From positions 51,834,001-51,898,000 of the forward strand of contig NC_087447.1 in the NCBI RefSeq assembly GCF_036321535.1: DNA of 64,000 nucleotides, given 5' to 3'. Of this stretch, positions 37,749-51,820 are shown in pieces (position 1 is the first letter of the stretch; every line of letters begins with the position of its first letter). The stretch comes from Camelus dromedarius. Taxonomy: Eukaryota. The notes under the pieces are model-generated. The model was not told where the DNA came from, made no database searches, and worked only from the letters and a program-made list of their open reading frames with translations. A program made the position numbers and the translations under genes.

Positions 37749-39529
37749 GCCTAGACCAGGGGTGGGAAGGGAGACTGAACAGGGGACTCAGACTCAAGCA
37801 GTGGGGCAGGAGACAGAAAGGGATCAAGGTCTCTTGCAACCTTGAGAGCCTTACGTATTTTGAACCAAGAAAACTTGATATGGTAACATCTCATTTAATC
37901 AGATTATTCAGATTCTTGGAATGGAGGCATATATTCTTTTATAAAACCTAGGATTAACGAGAACCCCCTTTGTTTCAGCCTTGACAGTTGAAAATATTTC
38001 TAAAACTCCAGAATCTTCTGCTCTGACTTAGGTAATATACCAAAGGTAACAGAACTTTGATGACTAAGGACTTCTCAGAGCTTCAAATCATCTTTTCAGA
38101 TACCAAATCTCAAACGCCTTGCGGCTTAAGTTGTAGAAGGGTCAAGCCATTTCTTGGAAGAGGGTTTTGTGTAACTCCTAGAAATGGGCGTGTCCTTTTA
38201 ACTTCCCTCTTTCTGATGACAGTAAAGTCAAAAACTACCAACAAACCAGGAGAATCCTGTTAAGTGAGGATTATAATCAGAATCTAACTGAGCATACTGG
38301 ATGATATCAGTAAGTTGAATGTATTAGTCAGGGATATTAAAAACCTAATACTTGCATCTTCAAAAAGCTCTTTGCTTTATATATTAAAAAAAAAAAACCC
38401 ACCTATAATACACACACAAACACACACACACATTCACACTCACCTTTCTCTCGATGAAACTCCCAGGTGGTGATGTGGTTTGATTCTCAGCTCAAACAAT
38501 CACAAAGAATTTGATCTGACTTGTGAGTACATGATATACAACAATATCCCAACACACTGCAGCATAAAGAACCCTGGGCCAGACTTACGTCCCATACCAG
38601 TGAAGAGCAAACAATAAGAGGGTCCAGTGGATCATATAACAGGCACACACTTCTGGAGGAACACGTCCTGAGTGAGAAAGAGCTTCTTGCTATCCTTCCT
38701 CTAGGAATCCTTCAACTACTCTAGACCATGGTGGCTTTACACTCTGAGGGAGGAAAAAAAAAATGGCGCTTGCTGAGCTCCTGCTATATGCCATGTGCTT
38801 TCTATCAATGATCACATTTAACCCTCAAACCAATGCTGCAAGGCCAATATGATCTCCTTCTTTACAGATGAGGAAAGTGAGGTCCGTCCAAGTTAAATAA
38901 TTCAGAGATCACAGCCCCAGAGCTTCCGGTCCAATGAGTCAGGGCTAGGGGCCAGAAGGAACTTACGGAGAAGCTAATGCAGATGAACTGCCGATTACAC
39001 TTTGAGAAACACTGGCCAAGAGTTTATGAACGGTCAAGCTCACAGTTGGTAGGTGATGGCAACAGAGGGACTAGAATCTAGGTCTCAGATCCTAGTCCAA
39101 AGTTATTTTCAGCCCTCAAATCCAGATCTCCTGGGAGACGGCAGCATAGTTATATGCTCCTGATTCATCAATCTGAGTAACAAAGTTTCTCTCTGACTCC
39201 AATGAACTTTATTTGTTCCTGCGGCACAGAACAAACTTTATCTTACCATGAGACAGCTACATTCTGAGGTCAGGGGCTTTTTTATCTCTAGAATTTAGCT
39301 CAGTGTTTGATAGATGTAAATGCACTATATAGCTCTTCAGTGATAGGTATACCAAAGGAACAAAAGGAAAGATCTATTTGTTCCTCTTTCAGTCAAAACA
39401 AACAAACAAAACCTCTCAGTCAGATGATCTGCTCATGTAACACTTCCGGGATTCTAACCATCTCTGTCCTGGGTGAGATGGTACACAGACACCATAAACA
39501 CAAAAGATAGCATGGAAGAGCTCATGTCT

Positions 39530-39920
39530 CTGTGTGAAACTGACTCCAACATTAGCCTTCAGTGGGTAGATCATGGGAGCCTAATTAAGCCAATTAATAC
39601 ATTTCATCCAGTGATTGGTTCAGTGATGGCACATGCTCCATGGCAACTCACACAGTCATTAAGTTCAGCTCTAGCACTTTTGTTTGTGGTGGGCTCTGAC
39701 TTTCACTGGAGAGAAGGCTGGGATGATAGGAGCCTGAAGTTGTAGAGACCACCCTTTGGAGTCTGAGAACAGCCAAGACAGAGAATGCAGAGTTGAAAAG
39801 ATGGATCCTGATGTGGGTCCTAAATCAAGGTGACCCTGAAGCCAGGTTTGCCCCCTTTTGGCTTAGGTGACCCAGTAAACTCTTTTCTCACTTAAGGCAA
39901 TTTAGGGCACTATCTAAACA
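39530..39920 (+). mobile_element. Old MaLR LTR fragment (MLT1J/K/L-like)
   Basis: ctaattaagccaat…gtgattggttcagtgatggcacatg…ccctgaagccag…agtaaactcttttctcacttaaggcaattt. Confidence 0.55.
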
Positions 39921-40364
39921 ATACAGGTTTTAAGCATGTGTCCTATACTATAGGACTAAGTGGGACCCAGAACCAGTTTGTTACCACAAGAATGACTCAG
40001 GGTCCCTTTCCATGTGCTCTTGTCAAGTTCATTATTCAATCCATTTTCTATTTCCTTCACGTTTAATTTCTTTTCCATTAGTATTTACTCCCCTTCCTCC
40101 TTCCAATCAATCAACATTTATCAAAACTATTAGCAGGTCCTTTAGGACCTCATGATCTAGGGGAAGAACAGACAGGCACAGTACTCAGGTAATGCAGCAT
40201 GCTGAGCTCAGGGCTCTAACAGTGATATGAACAGGCGGAGTCAGGGAACGCTGCAGAGCACAGGGGACACCTGGATTGGGTCTCAAAGGATGACAGGAGC
40301 TTTGCCAGTTGAAGAAAAGATAGTGGAGGAGGAATTTTTCAGAAAAAGAGAATAATATGAATAC

Positions 40365-41020
40365 AAAAATTAACTCTCATTATTCATAGTAGTCATGGTC
40401 TATAGTCACTACAAACACCGAATTAGCAAATATAGAATCATTTCTCCTAAAGGAAATTCAAGGTTAGGTTCCTGCAAGCCTCTGGCCACGATATTTTTGT
40501 TAACCAACCCATGCATAATCTTGTTTTATGTTTGTTTCTGTATAAAGACACCTTATTGAATACACATAGCTGATTCATTACTATTGAAGCCCTGGCTGAC
40601 AGCACTATAACTCAAGTCTGGAGGAAGTTTATCTAACATGTGTGTTTTCCCTCTAAGGCACATGACGATGTTCCTGCACTTAGGAACACTAGGCAGCAAT
40701 TCAGCACTCTGCTTGGGTACCATTTTAAACGATGAAATCATCAAACAAGAGCAGCAGAAAATGTGAAAAAAATGGCACTAAACAGATGGAGCAAAGGGCA
40801 CTAGTTTATAGGATGAGAGCTGAAACACAAGGCAGAATGTGGCTCTGTCCTGTCTTGGCTGGGAACACATGCATGGGGAGCTCAGTTTCTTCATTGTTCT
40901 GCACGTCACATGTCTGTGACTGACCATGAAAGAGCTGTGAGTATTGACTTTGGGGTTACAAATAAATTTTTAGCAAGTAGGCAAATCCACAAATATGGAA
41001 TCTGAGATCTCTGAACAGGC
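40365..41020 (-). mobile_element. MER82 (TcMar-Tigger) with a transposase N-terminal remnant
   Basis: gtattgactttggggttacaaataaattttt agcaagtaggcaaatccacaaatatggaatc and taaggcacat…cacttaggaacactag. ORF 40553-40744 (MVPKQSAELLPSVPK…LDKL…LSYSAV…F..NES) resembles a Tigger/CENP-B-like N-terminal HTH. Confidence 0.85.
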
Positions 41021-41162
41021 ATATCAATTATACAATAAAAAGCTTGGTGTGTTCAAATAGTGAAGCTAAATTTGGTGAAGCTGAAGGAGGGAGGGTGAAA
41101 AACAGAATGGAAAGGATATGACTGAAAGAAAGGCTAGAAAAATAGTTTGGGGCTATTTTAAG

Positions 41163-41618
41163 AAATACTACTCAGCCATAAAAAAGAATAAAATAATGCC
41201 ATTTGCAGCAATATGGTCATTCTAAGTGAAGTAAGCCAGAAAAAGAAAAAATACCATATTATATCACTCATGTGGAGTATAAAAAAAGAAACAAATGAAC
41301 TTATTTATAAAACAGAAACAGACTCACAGACATAGAAAACAAACTTACGGTTACCAAGAGGGGAAGGGGGTGGGAAGGGATAAATCGGGAGTTCGAGACT
41401 TGCAGAGACTACTATATATAAAATAGATAAACAACAAGTTTATACTGTATAGCACAGGGAACTATATTCAGTATCTTGTAGGAACCTATAATGAAAAAGA
41501 ATATACGTATTTATATGCGTAACTGCAACATTATGCTGTACACCAGAAACTGATACATTGTAAACTGACTATACTTCAATTAAAAAAAAAATTTGTTAAC
41601 TTGTTAAAAAAAAAAAAA
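41163..41618 (+). mobile_element. Young cetartiodactyl-type L1 3' end
   Basis: tactactcagccataaaaaagaat…cagactcacagacatagaaaacaaactta…agcacagggaactatattca…cattgtaaactgactatacttcaattaaaaa. Confidence 0.9.
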
Positions 41619-43507
41619 GGTCTTCATCTGCTGGGTCTTTTCTGTAGGTCAATGGTTCTTCATATTGAATACTAATATAAAATTAAAAATTTGAGAATTC
41701 CCACATAGAACAATAATGTACATTTTAGTATTTATTAACAAATAAATAAAAGTGACTATGAACTCTTGTTATATGAAGAGGTGATAAGAGTATGTAGCCA
41801 AAAAAAATAGGGAAAAATTAATATAAAGGCATATCAGGTAATGAATTAATGAATGTACAAATTGATTTTTATAATGTATTGATGTAATGATTTTTATAAT
41901 GTTTCAAAGCTTGAATTTGTTGTAGTTTTTCTCATTCTAAATAAATATTCATGTTTACATCTAAACAAAGCTACCATGAATTCATTAGTTCAATTATATT
42001 TTACTAATCACAATATTTATATTTTTTAAAGTACAAACACACACACAACACTTATTCAGTGCATAAAGTAATGCTTGGTGTGAGTGAGTGTGTGTTTTTA
42101 AGGACTTAGTTCATCACGTGGAAACCACCGTCATGTACCTGGAGGAGCAGCTCAGGCAGAGGGAACAGTATGTGCAGAAGCCCTGAGGAGGAAAAAGCTT
42201 GGCTCATGGGAGGACCTGACAGCAGGTCATGGCTGGAACACAGTGAGCAGTGGAAAGTAGCCCAAGGACAAGGCAGGGATGGAGCATAATGGAGCCTTGT
42301 AGGACATTTTAAGAAGTATAGCTTTTATCTTAACTAGAACAAGATCCCTCAATAGGGGCATAATTAAAGAACTTGATATATTAGCAACTGAAGGAAAAAA
42401 CAAGAACAATGTAGTACGATTCTACTTATATTGAAAATCCTGTTTGTTTCTGGACACATATGTATATGCACACCACCACATACACACGCATATACACGTA
42501 TGCACAGTATACACAAGCACAGACACACAGCGTCTTACAATACTCAGAAAAGCACTCCAAACCGGCAGGGGAAATTTTCACATTTTAATCCATATACTTC
42601 AATATTTTTAAATAAACAGAACAAAAGACCACTGAATGGTTTTACATTTTTTCACATTTATATTTCTTAAAGATCATTCTGGCTTGTAGCAAATGAAGTG
42701 AAGCGGGGAAAGAGCATGAGGAGAGAGCTCACATGGACGACTGCTAAGAAACAACGCCATCAGCATGAGGACAGTGGCAAAGGACATAGACCTTCCAGAC
42801 ATATTTCAGAGGCTGTAACTGCTGACCCTGGCGATGGGCTGACTGTGGGGGATGGGAGAAGGAAGAATAAAGAAGGACTTAAAGATTTGCAGCTTGCGCA
42901 AGCAGGTGCTGTGCTATGACTTACGGTGGGGAAACGAACCACACCACGTCCCTCTGACAACCTATCACAGTGCCTTCTCCTCACTCCTTGTCTCTACTTC
43001 ATCAAAGACAAAGGGGTAAAATGAATTTGACATGTGTGAGAGGGAGAGGGTCACACTGGGAAACCAAAGAGCCTTGTATCAGTGATTACACTGACGGAAC
43101 GCTACGAGATTGATTCCCCGAAGACCAGGTCAATCGTTCTGCAGAGGGCTCAGGGAATCCATTAGTGGAATTACCTCTCCTATTCACAAAACACATGAGT
43201 TGTTGCCAACCCTTTGCATTTTGGAGAAACAAAGGTCATTCCATTGAAGGCCCTTCCTTTCATGTCCTTGAATGCTCTGATCTAAGCTGTATTTAAAGCA
43301 CTAAATTAAGTAAAGGTTACCAGCGAAAACCAGGGCAAAGGTGGGGGAAGGGTAGGCAAATAATGCCCTTGAATATAGTTAAACTGTTTCCTTTCCTTTA
43401 GGACAAAGGCTTCTCTCATCCGCCTCCCCCACCCCAAGTAATGAGAGAGTAGAAGACTCACAGGATTTGGCTTCCCTAAAGACCTGGTTTCATACTTCCC
43501 ATAACAA

Positions 43508-43690
43508 CAGTGGTATTTAAAACCTTTCTGTGCATCAGCATCACTTGAGACACCTGTTCAAATGCAGATGTTCCCAAGTCCTAGTCTCAACAGAGATTCA
43601 GACTCAGCAGGTCTGGAGTAAGGTCCAGAGATACAAACCGCAAATGACTCTACTACACAATGTCTAAGAATCCCATTTTGAGAAACACTG
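43508..43690. mobile_element. MER5-family hAT element
   Basis: cagtggt…tgcatcagcatcacttg…agagattcagactcagcaggtctggagt…tttgagaaacactg, with cagtg/cactg termini. Confidence 0.7.
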
Positions 43691-43744
43691 CACTGCAGTG
43701 TTCATGACGGTTGATAAGATGTGGTTATAACTCAGTGAGCTGCA

Positions 43745-45110
43745 CTGGGTGTACAGCAGCACTTCACTGTGGTTTTATTTTGCATTTCCCGGATGACTAT
43801 GATGTTGAGCATCTTTCCTTGTGCTTATTGGTTGTTTATCTTCTTTTGTGATGTTTCTGTTCAAATCTTTTGCCCATTTTTAAATTGAGTTTTTTGTTGT
43901 ATTACTGAGTTGTAGGAGTTCTTTATATGTATTCTGGATACAGTCCTTTGTCAGATATACGTAATGAGAATTTTTTCTCCCTGTCTGTGGCTTGCTTTTT
44001 CATTTTTAATGATGTCTTTTCAAGAGCAAATGTCTTTAATTTTGATGAAGTCCAATTTATCATTTTAAAAATAGTTGAGGCTTTTTTGTGTGGGTCTTAT
44101 ACTTCTTATCTAAGAAATTCTCGTCCACCTCAAAGTCAGAAATATTTTCTGTTTCATTTTCTTCTAGAAGTTTTATAATTCTAGTTTCTGTGTTGAGGTC
44201 TATGATCTATTTTGGGGCAGACTGAGGTTAGGATCATGGTCCATGTTTTTGCATATGAGTGTCTAGCTATTTCAGCAGTGTCTGTTGAAAATAAATACCT
44301 TTTCCTTATAAAATTGCCTTGACATTTTTGTTGAAAATCAATGACCAAATATATGTAGGCCTATTTCTAGACTATTATGTTCAGTTGATCTCTCTGCAAT
44401 ATATACATTTGTAAATACCACATTGTCTTGATTATTGCAGTCTTATAATAAGTCTTGAAATTTGGTAATGTGAATCCTTCAACCTTGCTCTTCTTTTTCA
44501 AAGTTGTTTTGACTATTCTAGTTCCTTTGCATCTTCATAAAAGTCTTAGACTCAACCAGTCAAGTTCTACCAAAAACAACAACAAAACCCAAAATGCTGA
44601 GATTCTGATTGGGATTGCATTGAATCTAGGGATCAATCTGGAGAGAAATGACATGGTATTCTTTCTTCCTTAAATGTTCAATAGAATTCACCAGAGAAGC
44701 CAATAGGCCTAGAGTTTTCTTTGTGGAGTTTTTTAAATTATAATTTGGTTTTTAAAATAGACATAGGGCTATTCGGATTTTTACTTTGTTCCGTGTCAGC
44801 TTTGATAATATGTGTCTTTCACAGAATTTTTCCATGGAATATATGTTAACAAATTTATTCAGGCAAAGCTGTTCATTAATATTACCCTATTATCCTTTTT
44901 AAAAAATTGAAACGTAATTCACATATGATAAAATTCACTATTTTTTAAGTGTCCAATGCAATGGATTTTTAGTATATTCACAAGGTTGTGCAACCATCAC
45001 TAATATCTAATTCCCCGCAAAAGATATCCTGTACCCATTAGCAGTCACTATTCATTCCCTGCTTTCCAGACCCTGGCAACTACTAATCTTCTACTATCTT
45101 TTAATACCTG
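43745..45110 (-). mobile_element. L1M fragments (composite)
   Basis: tgatgttgagcatctttc…ttttgatgaagtccaatttatc…tgattgggattgcattgaatcta, with a 3'-end piece at about 44900-45095. Confidence 0.85.
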
Positions 45111-46148
45111 CAGGATCTGCAGTAACGGGCTGATCCATTTGTAGTGTACTCTACTTCCAGAGAGATCTAGTTCTGGTACAGGAATCTCAAGAGTTGAAGT
45201 CACACTACAATCTGGGACTCTGGAGAGATGAGAGAAGAGAGAACTTTTCCGAAGTTTGTTAACCAGGCTCCTGCTGCCTAGCAGCCCTTTTCAGCCAGTG
45301 AGAGTGTGCCAAGTTACTGAAAGGTTTTGATCACTTCAGTCCTAAGGAAAGCTGAAGTCCCTGGCCCAGTCACCTCTGGCCACAAACTATCTGTACCCTG
45401 ACATTAAAATGTTATTTCTTATGTGATATGATATTAAAAATTTTGGAAGGCATGGACCTACAGTATCAAGTCCAAACTAATCAGGATAATATTCAAGGAC
45501 CCTCTTTCATTTGGCCCCAAACTGCTTCCTTCTAACTGCCTTCTACACCCCTCGCTTTCTCCAACCTTATTCTTATTCCCACAAACATCCTAGATTCCAG
45601 GCAGAATGAAGTATTTTTACCCAGGAAGCCACGCAATCGTGTGCACTTGAGATGTTTCCTGTCAAATACTACTAATCCTTCAAGATTCTACTCAAATGCA
45701 CTTGGGGAACTCTGGAAGGGCAGGGACCATGCTCATCTTCATGAAGCAACAGCGGACTGAATGTGCTGGCTGAGAACTGGTATTGACAGCCTTTCGGTAT
45801 ACAAATCTTTTTTTGTATTTTCAAATTGTCTTATGAAGATGGCAGGAAGGGGATCAGCATCATCATCATTATTTTGTAGATAAAGGAACATTCATCCAGA
45901 AAATAGTAATGATCTACCTAAACTCATAGGAAGCTTGAAGAATCCAAACTTCCTTTATATATGCCATGCACTGCTATACTTTTTTTTTTAAGATTGGACC
46001 CAAGCCTTTATGCTAAAATAAGTGCTGTCTTTAAAAAAGGTTGTTGGTTAAATGATTTTCTTCAGCTTTACTGAGGTATAAATCACATACGAAATTGTTA
46101 AGATATTTAAAGTGTACCTTATGGTGACTTGATATACAAATACATCCT

Positions 46149-46471
46149 TTTTTTAAAATGTTATTTTTTATTGAAGTGTAGTTGATTTACAATGTTAGTT
46201 TCAGGTGTACAGCAAAGTGACATATATATACATTTTTTTCAAATTATTTTCCATTATATGTTATTACAAGAAATTGAATATCGTTCCCTGTGCTATACAG
46301 TAGGTCCCTGTTGTTTATCTATTTTATATATAATAATGTGTATCTATTAATTCCAGATTCCTAATTTATCCCCCTTCACCCTTTCCCCCTTTGGTAATCA
46401 TAGTTTGTTTTCTATGTCTGTGAGTCTATTTCTGGTTTGTAAATAAAATTTGTATTTTTTTTTAAGATTTC
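46149..46471 (-). mobile_element. Young L1 3' end inserted beside or into an older L1 3' end (about 46060-46145)
   Basis: tttattgaagtgtagttgatttacaatgttagtttcaggtgtacagcaaagtga. TSD atacatcct lies at 46140-46148 and 46472-46480. Confidence 0.88.
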
Positions 46472-47574
46472 ATACATCCTATCGCTTATATTTCAAGAAT
46501 TTCCTAGAAACAGTCTACAAAAACGTATACTTTAAGAGATACAACAACTTTACTTTAAGAGATAAGACTGATGTCAGATGGGCAACCAGGAATGGATCCT
46601 GAATGTGGGACAGGGAGTCCCACGGAGAAAGGGAGGTGGCACACTGGGGCTCTGAGTGCCCTGAAGCCTTCCTTATAACTCTACAAGCTCATGGTGGCCA
46701 TTTGCTGATTCAGAGCTGTCTCTGTGTGTGGAGCTATGTGCTGACCACTTTAGGAAACAGAAGCACCAGGACCTTTTCATCTTAAGAAGTAAAAATCACC
46801 TATTCCATTTACTCCTAGGTACCCTTTCTACCTGTGTCTGAGTGAACGACACAGCTCAATCAACATCAGAACTGAAACTCAGTTCTCAGATAGTTTCCCA
46901 TCCTGAGACACCCTGACCCTGTGACACAGGGCCATCTGGGGCCCTAGATCCTTTCCTAAAGTCTCAGTTTCTTCCACAACTTCAGGAAAAAAGTTTGCAG
47001 ATTCCACTTGGGGACCTATGCTTCCTCAAGGAAAAGTCAAGTATCTCCCAAGCTCAGTCCTGGTGCCTTTCTAAGTAAAACCCTGTGATGGAAACAAACA
47101 ACTTTTGACCTTATCCCTTCTCAGAGCAAAAAATATGTTACACCGTAGCAGTCAGAAGTAGAGAATTGACTCCAGCAGTTTAATATCGAAGATGCATACC
47201 TAATAGGGATATTGAAACCCCCTATACCTGCTCACCATTCCATGCCTGTCTTCTACTGAAATTCAGCACTTTATTTTTGTTAGAACCTTAAAGTTTACTG
47301 TACCCTGAACTGAAATGAGCTTTCCAAAAACCAGAATATAACAATTTAATCTGAATAAATCAATCCCAACCAAACATCAACCTACATACTTTCTAAAATA
47401 TCAACATAGAGTAAAATTGGATCAGAAAATTTATCTAAAAGGATTGTAAGTAGAGATTTCATTTGTAAGCAGTCCTCTGCTTTTAACAACTCCAAGCTTC
47501 ATCAAGAATGTTGTTTATGTTATTTCAGATGCACAAGTGTTTTGTAAGTTTCTTGAAGGCAGAGACAGAAAAGA

Positions 47575-47790
47575 TGCATACTACAGTGGAAAATAATTAG
47601 GATTTAGAATCTGAGGATGTGGGTTCAAATTCCTGGCATCACTTACTAGCTGTGTGACCCTGATTAATCACTTAACCTCTGTGAGCCTTAGTGTTCTCAT
47701 TTGTAAAATGGAACAAACGCTACCTACCTCACATGGTTACAGAGAGGGAAAAATAAGGCAAGGTAGATATGTTTTAAAAAGTGTTATATA
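47575..47790 (+). mobile_element. MIR SINE
   Basis: tgggttcaaattcctggc…cacttactagctgtgtgaccctg…tcacttaacctctgtgagccttagt…ctcatttgtaaaatgg. Confidence 0.88.
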
Positions 47791-48391
47791 CAAATATACA
47801 CTTTATCTTCTAATTGTTCTGAACAGGTGCCTCTTATCACACCCCTGTATTTGGGCATAATTCAGTGCAAGAGACCACAGGAGGCAACTAAAATTATTTT
47901 CTGATGCTTATGTAGGAGAGAGTCTCAGTGGTCACCAAAACCACACATTCTAAGAAAAGTTAGGTATGGCACCCATATACAAACTCATAACTTCGAAGAA
48001 ATTAGCTTTTGAACTTAGTCGCTGAGGGTGGCCAGTGGCAGCAGCGGTGCTTGTGAACACCACCACCTCCCACGTGCACCTGCCGTCCTGGGTGTGGGTC
48101 TCTGCTATTGTTCTCCACCAAAGGAATCAGGACTCTGGGAGGAGAGTTGATTCCATGCTGTGGAATTAAAAAAAAAAACAGGATAGTTCTGAATCTGCTG
48201 TTTATTCAATAATAAAAGCAAGAGTACTTTTAAACACACAGAGGAAAAAAATGTCAAGGATGTTCAAAGTCAAAAGGACAAGATTTAAAGGAGTTCCCAA
48301 TGGCCAAGTTGTAACATTTCAAGTTTAAAAGTAAGGTTAGACTGTGAAAATATGAGTTCATGATATGCTAGGGACTAAAGTGTGCATCGTT

Positions 48392-48420
48392 TTATATATA
48401 TATATATGTGTATATATAAG

Positions 48421-48451
<31 letters not shown>

Positions 48452-48480
48452 ATATACACACACACACACACACACACACA
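48392..48480. repeat. Compound (TA)n/(TG)10-TATATA-(CA)12 microsatellite
   Basis: Read directly. Confidence 0.95.
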
Positions 48481-48885
48481 AAAGGAAGGTGACTATAATA
48501 GGATTTTTTGGTATCTGTATTGATTTTGATAAGAAGGGCAGTCAATACACCGGACATTTCCTTCCCTCTATCAAGCAATATCTCATATAAAGTATGGATG
48601 TGTGCCTGTTTCTATCTGCATAAGCAGAGAAAGAATCAACACAGGGAACTATGAGTAAGTACGAAGTACAGGAAAAAGATGACATTATATAAAGACTTGG
48701 AAGGACTGATCAGCTTTGGTGGTCACACACAACAGCTCACAAAAGGAGGGCGTCTTACAGGTACAAAGCACTGGTGGTCACATACACTGACCAAGAAGAA
48801 CGAGGACCCAAAATAATGCCCCCAGATAATGCATCAGCTTGCAGAGGAGAGCTGACTTCATAAGCTCCTATTCTCTTATCTTCCA

Positions 48886-49080
48886 GCAGTGGTTCCCAAA
48901 CTTTAGCAGGCATCAGAATTACCCAGAGGACATGGTGAAATGCACTTTCCTGGACTTCATTCGTCAAAGGTCCTGACCTAGAAGATCTGGTGGGGTTGGG
49001 TCTGAGAATCTTCATTTCCAACGACTTTCAAAAAAATGCTGATGCTACTAGTCCTGGAACCACACTTCTAGAACCACTTC
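48886..49080. mobile_element. MER5A
   Basis: cagtggttcccaaacttta…gcatcagaattaccc…tgctgatgctactagtcctggaaccacacttctagaaccact. Confidence 0.8.
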
Positions 49081-51129
49081 TCCATATGCATCATTAATTA
49101 TAATGTGCTCACTGAATCATAAGTAGTAAGTTCTAAACAATGGTAACATTCAGGTCATTATAGCACAATGACTGCACAGTGTTTTATAACCCTGGCCACG
49201 TGACAGACTAAAAAGTCCTCATTTCAAAGGAATAAACTAGATTATAGGAAGATAAAACCTAAGTGAAAGGCATGAAATTCATTTAGAAAAAGGAAGCTTA
49301 GCCCCATACCAGTGGCACTGATCTAAAACACTGTGAGGAGACCAAGCCCACGTACCCCAACCAAGAATCAGTTAGATTGTAACTAAATACCAGGACTTTG
49401 CCAATTTGAAAAGGTGTTCCTTTTACCTTTTGTTCTTCTCAGGTTATATCTCGGTTATTTCCCTGGAAAAGGTTATTTGCCCGGGAAAATCAAAACTATA
49501 ACTTATATCTTGGAAAGGTATCAAAATAAATATAGCAATGCCCGAGGAAAGCATGCAAATAAGTACAAAAATAATGAAGAAATTGATTAAACCCAAGGTA
49601 TTGAGGTTTTAGAATAAGATTAAGTGTACAAATAAGATTTGTAACCATTGTACTTGTATATTTCATTTACTACTTAAGGTTTTTGAAGCATTCAAGAGAA
49701 TCAGCCAAATTAAACTTGTAACGGCAATTATATTAAGAGAGTTTAAACAAACTTGCCAGTAACAAGTTTAAATGCGAGAAACTTAATTTTCAAAGTTTTG
49801 AAATTAAACATTAAACAAAGTATAAATAGATGACAGTATTCTTCTTTCTAGGCACAAAAACCTCTTGAAAGTTCCCAATACTTGACTGATTGCTCACCTC
49901 AGCCAGAAATTCGAGCACCAGGAAAGATTTCAGAAAGGTGCTGCAGAGAAGGCAAAGTAGTTTACCATCTCTTGTACTGCTGATTTAAAGGTGGAATGCT
50001 GTCACCTCCAAAGAATTCAACTGCAGGACTGAACACCCACGATGCAAAGTTGGGGAGAAAGTAAAAATTTGGGGGCATCTACTTAGCACCAATCTCATCC
50101 CAGTGCCTGGCTCTCTCTGCATACTCAGTCACTGTTATCTGTTATCCTAATACAGATGGACAGTGTTAAAAAGAATAAAGAATTACGGAATACAGAAAAG
50201 AGACTGATGTACCTTGTGAAAGGAGTCGAAGAATATGCTGGGGTGAAAGGATGGGTAGAGATTCTGGATTTTAATCATAGGGAGGCATAGAAACACTTGG
50301 CATCTTCTGGAGATGGCAAGTTCTTATGTATGATTATAGGAAAGGATGGAGGGGAGAGGTTATTGCAAATGGCGCTGGAGAGGAAGGTTAAGATCAGATC
50401 ACGGAAGGCCTTGAATGCTGCCACACATCATCTGGGTGATGGGAAGGAAAAGGATCAGATCTGGATTTTTAAGAAAATATAACTGAGCTACAGACAACAT
50501 GAATGAATCTTACAAACAGGAAAGGAAAAAGCAAGGCTGAAAATGAGATTTTGTTTCTATAAAATTCAAAAACAGACTAAGAATGGTGTTTAAAAATACA
50601 CATACTCATGGGACAGCAATAAACAAAAGCAAGGAACTGATTACCAGGGAAGTCCTTACACTTGGTAGAGGGGACGGGGCGGAGTAAGAAGAAGATGGTT
50701 GGGAAGGGACATACAGGGGTTTCTGAGGTGTGATCAACTTTTTCACCTGAGGGGTAGTAATACGGGTGTGTTGTCTTTATTGACCTGGATGCTATACACA
50801 TCCTTTTGCACATGTATTATATTTCCTAATAAAATGTTGAGAACAGAACCTGGAAGCACCTAGAAGAATGATGAGGCTGTGCAGAATTTGAAGACGAGGA
50901 GAGAAATCAATAGCACAGACAAGGGAAGAGAGCCCGGGTAGGGTCACTGGCAGCAGGAACAGAGAAAAAAAAGAGGATCTGAGAATTACTTAGAAGTTAG
51001 GTTTCAGTGACCCATTAGAAATAGAAACCGAAGGAAAGGAATGATTTATAAGTACTGTAAGGTTTTTTAAGTTTCAAGCTTGAGAAACTGGATGGTAAGC
51101 AAGGAAAATACTAAGAGCAGGCGACATGA

Positions 51130-51340
51130 AATTTATAAAATTGAGATATAATTCACGTATCATAAAATTCACACTTTAAAGTGTCCAGCTCAGTGACTTT
51201 TAGTATATTCACAATGTTGAGCAACTACTGTCCTTATCTAATTCCAGACTCCGTTCACTACTCAAAAAGAAACCCCATACTCATTTACTCATTAACAGCC
51301 ACTGCTTGTTCCCTGAGCACCCCTGCCCCCTAACCCTCAT
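51130..51340 (-). mobile_element. L1MB extreme 3' end
   Basis: attgagatataattcacgtatcataaaattcacactttaaagtgt…tttagtatattcacaatgttg…aaaagaaaccccatac. Confidence 0.8.
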
Positions 51341-51596
51341 GTGATTTCAAGAGAATGAAAACCTGTCTTGAGGGTTAAAACTGTCTTGACAGAGTAACAG
51401 TGACATTCAAATGGTCTCAGTGGCTCAACCCCCAAGGAAATCTTATATTAGAACTTTCATGTGTCTCTCCCACAAAGATGGGAGCTGAGAACCTTCTTTC
51501 CTCAAGATGTAGAGGGGAACATCCCCAGTTGTGGTTCCATTTGGATGGGGACTCAAGTCTACAGGAATTAAGGTGGCTGAGACGGCTGTCAGGTGA

Positions 51597-51820
51597 CAGT
51601 GGCTTTCCAGCAGTGGCAATACTGCACCCTCCGGGGTACAAAAGCCTGTGTGAATGAGGCGGGGGATAAGTTGTCACAATGACTGGGGAACACTGTCTGC
51701 ATTAGAGGGCAGGAGACAGGGATACCAATCTCAACACTGCATGGGACAGTCTTGCATAACAAAGAATTTTCCCACCCAAAATTCCAATAGAGCTCCACCT
51801 CTCCTCTGAGAATCCACAGG
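51597..51820. mobile_element. MER20-family hAT element
   Basis: cagtggctttc…gttgtcacaatgactgggg…cagggat…tgcatgggacagtc…aacaaagaattttcccacccaaaattccaatag. Confidence 0.65.
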
